Shown piece by piece: positions 57,925-64,000 of a DNA stretch of 64,000 bases. The first letter of the stretch is position 1; each line of letters starts with the position of its first letter. The stretch is taken from the NCBI GenBank assembly GCA_018661145.1, contig JABJIU010000001.1, positions 2,176-66,175 of the forward strand, given 5' to 3'. The notes below the pieces were generated by a model that had not been told where the DNA came from, made no database searches, and saw only the letters and a program-made list of their open reading frames with translations. The translations under genes were made by a program, and so were the position numbers. Origin of the DNA: Pseudomonadota bacterium (GTDB lineage: Bacteria; Pseudomonadota; Gammaproteobacteria; Arenicellales; UBA868).

Positions 57925-58698
57925 ATGTTGCTTATCGAATGTTTCCATCCGGTACTCAGTCTTGTAGAGAGCCTTCAACGTGATGCGGCGGAGCCCGCTG
58001 TGGCTGGTGATCTGGAACGGCGCTGCACGGATGCGTTCGAGCGTTCTGAGACCGAGGCTAAGGATGCCGGGCACGGAATATTAACGATTGAGGCGGCTAA
58101 GTTTTCTTTCGCGGTCCTCATCGACGAGCTCTTGATGTCGGAAGAAGGCCGCCTGGGTGGGGATTGGAAAAAGCACCTGCTTCAAGAAAAATTTTTTGGA
58201 ACGCGAACTGGCGGTGATTGGATGTTTGCAGAGATGCAGAAGGTGCTTGACCCGCTCCCCGAGAACTTTGATATTCAATTGGTATACCTAAGTTGCTTAG
58301 ACACAGGTTTGGTTGCGGCACTCCACAAAGATCTCGCGTCTGTCGATGAAGTAAAACATCGTCTTCGGGAATCAGTCCATCTACTCCGGCGTGCTGGGTC
58401 TAATGACCGAGTGCTGTGTCCTAGCGCATATCGTGGTTTGGGACAACGTGGAACGGTGAATCGAGCCAAGCGACGCGGAGGGCTCTTCACAGCAAACCTT
58501 GTCGGGGCCCTGGTAGTCCTAGCCTTCTTTATTTACTACTCAAGCTCGATAACGCAGGTTGTTGATTCAACCGCGACGCACGGCGTCCTTCAAACAGGTC
58601 CAATGGATGATTCGGTAAGTGGGCACGCGCAAAACGAATTTGGGGCCTGGGTTGACGGGGCTTCCGCCTGGATTGGGGGAGTTTTCGGTAGGGAATAG
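57925..58698 (+). CDS. tssL: T6SS membrane-complex subunit TssL (DotU family), no OmpA/peptidoglycan-binding extension
   Basis: DotU-like cytosolic domain (AAKFSFAVLIDELLM...LLQEKFFGTRTGGDWMF), a single C-terminal TM and a short periplasmic tail. Confidence 0.75.
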   Translation: MLLIECFHPVLSLVESLQRDAAEPAVAGDLERRCTDAFERSETEAKDAGHGILTIEAAKFSFAVLIDELLMSEEGRLGGDWKKHLLQEKFFGTRTGGDWMFAEMQKVLDPLPENFDIQLVYLSCLDTGLVAALHKDLASVDEVKHRLRESVHLLRRAGSNDRVLCPSAYRGLGQRGTVNRAKRRGGLFTANLVGALVVLAFFIYYSSSITQVVDSTATHGVLQTGPMDDSVSGHAQNEFGAWVDGASAWIGGVFGRE

Positions 58699-58781
58699 CC
58701 TGGTGACCAGGCTGCTTGTTTTCTCCAAACGACCTTTTCAGCCAGAGGAACGAGTGCGGCATCTAGTCTTACGGTAAGCGA

Positions 58782-61700
58782 ATGAAAATTTTTAAATGGT
58801 TTTTAATCATCCTGCTGATCGCGGCGATCAGTTTAGGGATTCTTGTCGTGATGCTAGGCCTGGGTTATCCCGAACAGTCTGCGTTTCGGGCCGTAGCTTA
58901 TTTCATCCTGGCCGTAGTTGCGTTTTTCGTTTTAAGACGTCTCTTAAATCGGTGGCGAGCCAAACGCAAAGCCAAACAGCTTCTCGACGTTGAACCAAGA
59001 GAGAAATCCCTACTCGCTCGTCTTGGTTTCTCAAGAGACGGGAGTGAGGATCGTTTTCGTCAACTCCAGAAAGCTCTGCGTCGGCGAATTGGCCGCGGTG
59101 GTGAATACCAGATTCCTTGGTACGTTGAGTTTGAATGTGAATCAGGGGACTTTCGACGTTACCTGAAGCGAAATAACAATAACGCCGCGCTGGAGATCGG
59201 ACCCGACATCTCTTCAGGGTCCGCGCTCGATATTGACGTTCTTGACTCATTCCTGTGCCTCTCGTGCGGACCTGAAATCGTCAAAAGTGGGAGCGCTGGT
59301 AAGGTTTGGCGGGATCTATTGCTCGGATTAAACCGGTATCGGGAGCAGCGTCCGTTAGAAGGGGTAATAGTTTCGGCACCTGTGGGCCTGCTAATGGGTT
59401 CCGGCGATCGGCTGCACGATACTGGTCGATCTGTTAATGACTTGGTCCAGAGTGCAATCCGAGTTCTGCGTATCCAAGTACCGGTATTCTTAGTCGTTAC
59501 AGACTTGTGGCAGCTCGAGGGTTTTGAGGAATTTAGTCATCTTTTATCCGAAGGAGAACGAGGTCAAGCGTTTGGCGCAGGATTTGGCCAGGAGGATGTA
59601 CATCTCTTAAGCTCAGATGGAGGATTGCAGCGTTTCTCTGCGGACGTAATCAGCGAGCTTGGAAAGGTAATAGAGAATAAGATTGCCTTGAACGTTGCGG
59701 AAGGAAACCAAAGCGATGTTTCGACGGTTGCTCTAATTCGACTCCAGTCACAGATTTCCAGCATCGAAAAAAATCTCGGAACCCTTGTAGAGACAATTTC
59801 GGGAAGTGAATTGCAGCGGGTTCGGCCGAACTTTCGGGGAGTGTATTTTCTAAGCTTCGCGCCGCGGCAAAGTCTCCAGGACCAGCAACGTCCGACCGCA
59901 TCCGTTTTTTACCAAGAGTTAATCGACAGAATACTCCCCCAGGAAAGTGGGGCGACAACGACTCTCGAGTTCGCAGAAAGACTGTTTCGCGGGGCCCGGA
60001 GAAGGGTTTTAAATCGATTTGGGATTGCTTGGGTAGTGATCGCGCTTGTCATCGCGGTTGAAGGCTCATTAGATCTTCGGTCTTTGAATCTACTCCGTTC
60101 TGATTTTCTCGCTTTCGCCCCGACCGTTGACGCCAATTATGAAGTTAATTTAATTAAACAACTGGATCATAAAAGAGCGCTGATCGACACCATGGAGGCT
60201 GAGATCGCAGCGTATGTTGAGCCTCCAATTCCGATCCCTTGGCTGGGGATACCGAGTGACCAGACGACGGTTGAGGAGATGAAAGGGGAGTGGGCCGATC
60301 AGGCCAAGAGGCTACTGTCGATCCTCGACCAGGAGCAGTTCGATAGTGTTCGCGCAGTAAAAAGCGAATATATGTTAGCGCTGCAAAGTGAAACCCAGAG
60401 GCTGCTCACCTCTCCCGCATTGGACCCTCGACAGAATTCCGCCTTCTCAAAGCTCGGGCAAGTGATTAAAAACTCGATGGACCGGATCAATGTGATCCGC
60501 GCAATCGAGGACAAACGATCCCTGCGCGAAATCCTTGAAATGCCTAACCCATTTGGGGAGGGGTCTTCATATAACTTAACCCGGAATGACCCAGAATTAG
60601 CGGCAATGGTCTTTACGGCATTTATTTATAGCAAGGTGTGGGATAAGTACTCGAGCGAACCAGCGTCACTTTCCGAGAGGAGGGAGTTTTGGACTGCATC
60701 ATTCCAGAATCTCGTCTCAGGAATCGATCCTAAATTGACGTGGCTGCTCTATCTTGCAAATGATGAATTAATAAAGGTGAAACCCGAGGTAACTAGCGCG
60801 GACCTTTGGGGAGGCACCCCGCCCGCCATCGCGCAAATAGTTCAACCGGTGTGGAGTGATGAAGGAGTTGGATTTATTACTAGCTTCTTTAAACAAGTAC
60901 GCAAGACCGGTACTACAGGCGCATGGCTTGATGAGGCAGAAGGCGAAATACAGAAAGATTTCTTCAAACGTCGAATCCAGGTTTGGACCGATTACGCGGA
61001 GACAGTCCTGCTAGGCAACGGCCAACTGACTAATCGGGAAATGGCGCAGGGAAATATTATTCAGATGGCGTCGGCGCGTCGAAATCCTTATCGATCTGCA
61101 CTGCGGATTATCGCCGAGGAGAACCAAGAGTCTTTCTTCCCGGACCAGCGGCCAGATTGGCTAGAGTTGACTCTCTTTCACAGAAAAATTGAACTCCTTG
61201 GAGGCGATGAAGGGGGTGGTGGGCCGAGCAAAACACTGACCAAACTTGGTCTGAAAATGCTTGGTGCATTTGGTGCGGTGGGTAAGGCAGTGAGCAAGGA
61301 GGCCAAAAAAGGGGTAAAGACTAAGAAAAAACTCGATAAAGAGAAGGGAGGACCTGCCCGAGACGAACAACTTGAGAATGCGGCAAAAGAATATAAGGAT
61401 AACTACCTTCCCGCATTGGAACTGATCGCGTTTTCTGCCGACAGCCGTACGGCATCTTTTGCCACAATCACTGATCGCTTCCTATCTGGCGATGACCCAG
61501 GATCCGGTAAGACGGCATTAGCCTCGGGTTACAAGTCAATTCGCAGCCTTGAGATGATGTTAGGACTTCGGGACAAATACTCTCGTATCTATTGGGACCT
61601 CGTTTCTGCCCCGATCCATGTCAGTGAGGACTATCTTTTGGAAGAGGCCGCATGTCAGACAGACGCCCTCTGGAGAGAGGAAGTGCTGGCTGGGATGGAT

Positions 61701-62372
61701 AATGTCCCCGAAAATGCCAAGTTCTCAAAGCTATTCCAAGAGGGCGGGCTCGCATGGACTTTTCTAGATGGAAAGCTCAAACCATTTATCAAGACCAGTC
61801 CCGGGGTCGGGCTTGTCCCGCGGGAAGTCGGAAAACACACTCTTCCTCTGACCGAAACCTTTTTTGAATTCTTGTCGGCCGGCCGCCTGGGACTCCAGTC
61901 GATGCAGAATACCTATCCCACTCAGCTTTTGACCCGACCGGTGATGGTAAACAAGCAGGCATTATTAAAACCAGTGAAAACCACTATGACGCTGCTCTGT
62001 GACAATGGTAAAACGCGACAACGGTTGGTTAATCAAAACTTCTTAACTCAGGGTCAGATCGAATGGTCAAATGCATGCTCCGATTTCCGTCTTGATATAG
62101 ATTTTGGGATATTTGAGTTACGCAAGGTCTATAAAGGTCTGCGCGGTTATCCCGCATTCCTTGAAGGGTTCGAAAGCGACCGATTGCGGCTTACCAAAGA
62201 TGATTTCCCGGAGTATTCAAGAGTTTTTAAGCAACAGCGGTTGGGTTATATCGATCTAGAGTATGAAATCATAGGCAAGGATGCAGTAATCAAAGCGGCA
62301 CAGGAGCGTCCCACGAATACTCCCCCCCATATAGCAACATGTTGGCCGACCGAGGGACGAGATGCCAGTTGA
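58782..62372 (+). CDS. tssM: T6SS membrane-complex subunit TssM (IcmF family) with degenerate Walker A
   Basis: 1196 aa. Two N-terminal TMs, a cytosolic domain, a third TM at about aa 410 and a large periplasmic domain. The position of the usual PWY-x4-G-x-x-G-S-G-K-[ST] reads IPWYVEFECESGDF. Confidence 0.8.
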   Translation: MKIFKWFLIILLIAAISLGILVVMLGLGYPEQSAFRAVAYFILAVVAFFVLRRLLNRWRAKRKAKQLLDVEPREKSLLARLGFSRDGSEDRFRQLQKALRRRIGRGGEYQIPWYVEFECESGDFRRYLKRNNNNAALEIGPDISSGSALDIDVLDSFLCLSCGPEIVKSGSAGKVWRDLLLGLNRYREQRPLEGVIVSAPVGLLMGSGDRLHDTGRSVNDLVQSAIRVLRIQVPVFLVVTDLWQLEGFEEFSHLLSEGERGQAFGAGFGQEDVHLLSSDGGLQRFSADVISELGKVIENKIALNVAEGNQSDVSTVALIRLQSQISSIEKNLGTLVETISGSELQRVRPNFRGVYFLSFAPRQSLQDQQRPTASVFYQELIDRILPQESGATTTLEFAERLFRGARRRVLNRFGIAWVVIALVIAVEGSLDLRSLNLLRSDFLAFAPTVDANYEVNLIKQLDHKRALIDTMEAEIAAYVEPPIPIPWLGIPSDQTTVEEMKGEWADQAKRLLSILDQEQFDSVRAVKSEYMLALQSETQRLLTSPALDPRQNSAFSKLGQVIKNSMDRINVIRAIEDKRSLREILEMPNPFGEGSSYNLTRNDPELAAMVFTAFIYSKVWDKYSSEPASLSERREFWTASFQNLVSGIDPKLTWLLYLANDELIKVKPEVTSADLWGGTPPAIAQIVQPVWSDEGVGFITSFFKQVRKTGTTGAWLDEAEGEIQKDFFKRRIQVWTDYAETVLLGNGQLTNREMAQGNIIQMASARRNPYRSALRIIAEENQESFFPDQRPDWLELTLFHRKIELLGGDEGGGGPSKTLTKLGLKMLGAFGAVGKAVSKEAKKGVKTKKKLDKEKGGPARDEQLENAAKEYKDNYLPALELIAFSADSRTASFATITDRFLSGDDPGSGKTALASGYKSIRSLEMMLGLRDKYSRIYWDLVSAPIHVSEDYLLEEAACQTDALWREEVLAGMDNVPENAKFSKLFQEGGLAWTFLDGKLKPFIKTSPGVGLVPREVGKHTLPLTETFFEFLSAGRLGLQSMQNTYPTQLLTRPVMVNKQALLKPVKTTMTLLCDNGKTRQRLVNQNFLTQGQIEWSNACSDFRLDIDFGIFELRKVYKGLRGYPAFLEGFESDRLRLTKDDFPEYSRVFKQQRLGYIDLEYEIIGKDAVIKAAQERPTNTPPHIATCWPTEGRDAS

Positions 62373-64000
62373 TATTCCTGCGCCTTATATTCCCCCGGAT
62401 GACTGGGCGTACTCCGACGTCGACCTAGGAAACGAAAGCCGTCTAAAGGTCTTATTTGTCGGAAACTTTAGGGGAACGCTGGCTCCAATCGAAGTGCCTT
62501 TGAGTGCGCAGCACTCGGGCGAGCTGCTTGGGTTCTGGTCGCCATCAATGGACCTAGAGCTCCACCTGGACTTTTTGGGAAGTAAAGAGCGGGTCTTTGT
62601 TCGCTATCAGCCGTCTGACATCGTGTCGTTCCTGTCTCCGCTTCCCGCTTGCAGGCTCGTATCCGGCCCGCTCGATGTTCCCCATCTCAACACTGGAATA
62701 CTAAAGATTCTCGGAGGCTTACTGAGCGATTGGGAGTCGCTCCAGAGGGAAATTCGTGCAGGAATCGAAAGGGGTGGTGCCGATATTGAGGGAGTGGGAA
62801 CCCAGTTGCCGAGCGTTGCGTTGCAGAGTGTTATAGAAGGATTGCAATTATTAAAGGGGCGATCGGCTTCCGATAGCCAGCTTTTCGAGTTGGATCAGGT
62901 CTATCTCGACTTAAGCGAACTATACGAACAAGTTCAAGACGCGATCCGCCAGGACGCTGTTTTCAAGGAATTAAAGGAGTCTTGGTTAGGACTAGATCGA
63001 ATTCTTAAAGCGGGAATGAGCCATCACTTCCTTGAAATCTGGGCTCTGAATGCATCGCCCCGCGCATTGCTGAACGATTGCGATCTTGATGTGGCGAATA
63101 CAGATCTTTATTCCGCAATTTATCAGAGCGAAATAGGCCAATACGGGGGTGATCCGTTTTCCGCTGTAGTCTTAGGTTTCCCTTTTGGATTTAGCTCTGA
63201 AACCAGTGCAGTTTATAAGTACCTAGCGACAATAGGGGAGTTGGCAAGTACGCCGATGTTGCTTGATCCCGGGTTGTCCTTGTTGAAAGCCAATGATCAT
63301 TCGATCTTGGATGGGCTGGAAAATATCCGAATCGAGCTCGATAGCTCGCTGCGTAATATTTCCGCGGAGACCTGCGGTAGCTTTCTTTTCCTAACCCCCC
63401 AAAGTTCGGTGATTGCAGTGCGGCAAGCAACCGGTCTGGGCGATGGAGGTGTGAGTCGAGAGCTTGGCATCTTTGATTGTGCTGGATCGGTCGATCTCGT
63501 TATCGATCTAATTCAGACGCTAATTGATTTACGGGGCACTGTACCTGATCTTCAACAGGACGCTCTCGATTACGAGGTGCGACCCGTATATTGGTTTGGG
63601 CCCAGTACTGTCGAAACGCTCCAGAGCAATGGGATGATTTTGCCGGTGTGTGTCCACCCCCAGCGGCCATTAAAGTTCGATGGGGTGCGTCCGATTGGTG
63701 GGATTCACGGTGACACCCATAGCTCCCAGAGAGTCGATGGAATTCGGCCGCCTGAACTCGTCGGCCTCGTCCAGATCTTGCGAATATTGCATAAATTGAA
63801 AGGGTGGGCGCGAGATAATATCGGTAGCTCTATGAGCGTAAATGAGAGGGTAGCCGCGATTAATGATCAGATTGGGACTTTCGTGCTCGATACCCCAAAA
63901 CCAAGAGCGGAACTACTGCGTACTCGCCCCCTTAGTACGGGGTTTTGCGAAATTTTCGATGATCCTGACATCACTCGCGATTCATATCGTTTAACTTTTA
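62362..64000 (+). CDS. Fused TssB-like + TssC-like sheath paralogue (partial; continues past window edge)
   Basis: ATG at 62362 overlaps the tssM 3' end by 11 nt. I read 546 sense codons to the window end. The N-terminal part resembles TssB (RLKVLFVGNFRG). The rest tracks TssC motifs (ESWLGLDRIL, SEIGQYGGDPFSAVVLGFPFG, RTRPLSTGFCEIF...SYRLTF). Confidence 0.7.
   Translation, partial: MPVDIPAPYIPPDDWAYSDVDLGNESRLKVLFVGNFRGTLAPIEVPLSAQHSGELLGFWSPSMDLELHLDFLGSKERVFVRYQPSDIVSFLSPLPACRLVSGPLDVPHLNTGILKILGGLLSDWESLQREIRAGIERGGADIEGVGTQLPSVALQSVIEGLQLLKGRSASDSQLFELDQVYLDLSELYEQVQDAIRQDAVFKELKESWLGLDRILKAGMSHHFLEIWALNASPRALLNDCDLDVANTDLYSAIYQSEIGQYGGDPFSAVVLGFPFGFSSETSAVYKYLATIGELASTPMLLDPGLSLLKANDHSILDGLENIRIELDSSLRNISAETCGSFLFLTPQSSVIAVRQATGLGDGGVSRELGIFDCAGSVDLVIDLIQTLIDLRGTVPDLQQDALDYEVRPVYWFGPSTVETLQSNGMILPVCVHPQRPLKFDGVRPIGGIHGDTHSSQRVDGIRPPELVGLVQILRILHKLKGWARDNIGSSMSVNERVAAINDQIGTFVLDTPKPRAELLRTRPLSTGFCEIFDDPDITRDSYRLTF

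Larger units (their letters stand above)
42365..64000. mobile_element. Probable tRNA-Pro-targeted genomic island carrying a T6SS (left junction only; extends past window)
   Basis: tRNA-Pro 3'-fragment direct repeats sit at the left edge. There is a visible drop in G+C relative to the region left of 42.3 kb, and the gene content is accessory. No integrase lies within the window. Confidence 0.45.

Noticed and set aside
61488-61514. P-loop-like GDDPGSGKT in the C-terminal part of TssM
   Set aside because: It fails the GxxxxGK[ST] spacing, with Asp where the first Gly should be. It also lies in the region predicted to be periplasmic, after the third TM segment, so it is most likely coincidental.
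1-64000. CRISPR arrays, rRNA genes, IS elements/transposases, integrases, prophage genes
   Set aside because: I looked for regularly spaced direct repeats, rRNA-like conserved stretches, and DDE or tyrosine-recombinase motifs in all listed ORFs, and found none. The only mobile-element traces are the tRNA-fragment repeats reported above.

Overview
This 64-kb window looks like a marine-type gammaproteobacterial chromosome. That placement is inferred from tesA-ybbA-ybbP and pcnB-folK synteny, ScpAB, and osmolyte/amine catabolism genes.

Positions 1 to about 42.3 kb are G+C-rich, densely coding core genome. In order, this region carries:
- an MttB-family methyltransferase and TesA/YbbA/YbbP;
- an S8 protease with an autotransporter-like C-terminus;
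- a DddP-like M24 / M19 peptidase pair, then two translationally coupled unknowns plus an MFS gene;
- tRNA-Glu(CUC), whose duplicated 3' fragment brackets a single hydrolase gene;
- pcnB-folK, trpS-scpA-scpB-rluB, metC and argD;
- a CodA-like deaminase with a PotABCD-type ABC importer, and a BtpA-phosphoribosyltransferase fusion;
- ccmCDEF-HI, a truncated DUF3604 remnant, an acyl-CoA ligase and an aminotransferase.

At 42.36-42.80 kb, two directly repeated 3' halves of a tRNA-Pro(CGG) gene mark a junction. Everything to the right of it is visibly more A+T-rich. That region encodes an ATP-grasp enzyme, a sensor-domain/MFS fusion, an orphan ABC_sub_bind-type binding protein, a dCache-HAMP class III nucleotide cyclase and a ClC channel. 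These are followed by a type VI secretion block, tssB-tssC-hcp-tssJ-tssK-tssL-tssM.

The most unusual item is an ORF missing from the supplied track because it runs off the window. It starts at 62362, overlaps the tssM stop, and encodes one polypeptide that resembles TssB fused to TssC. That would be a second, covalently fused sheath paralogue next to the canonical two-gene sheath.

I saw no CRISPR array, rRNA, transposase or integrase in the window. All calls come from reading translated ORFs and motifs by eye. No database search was run.
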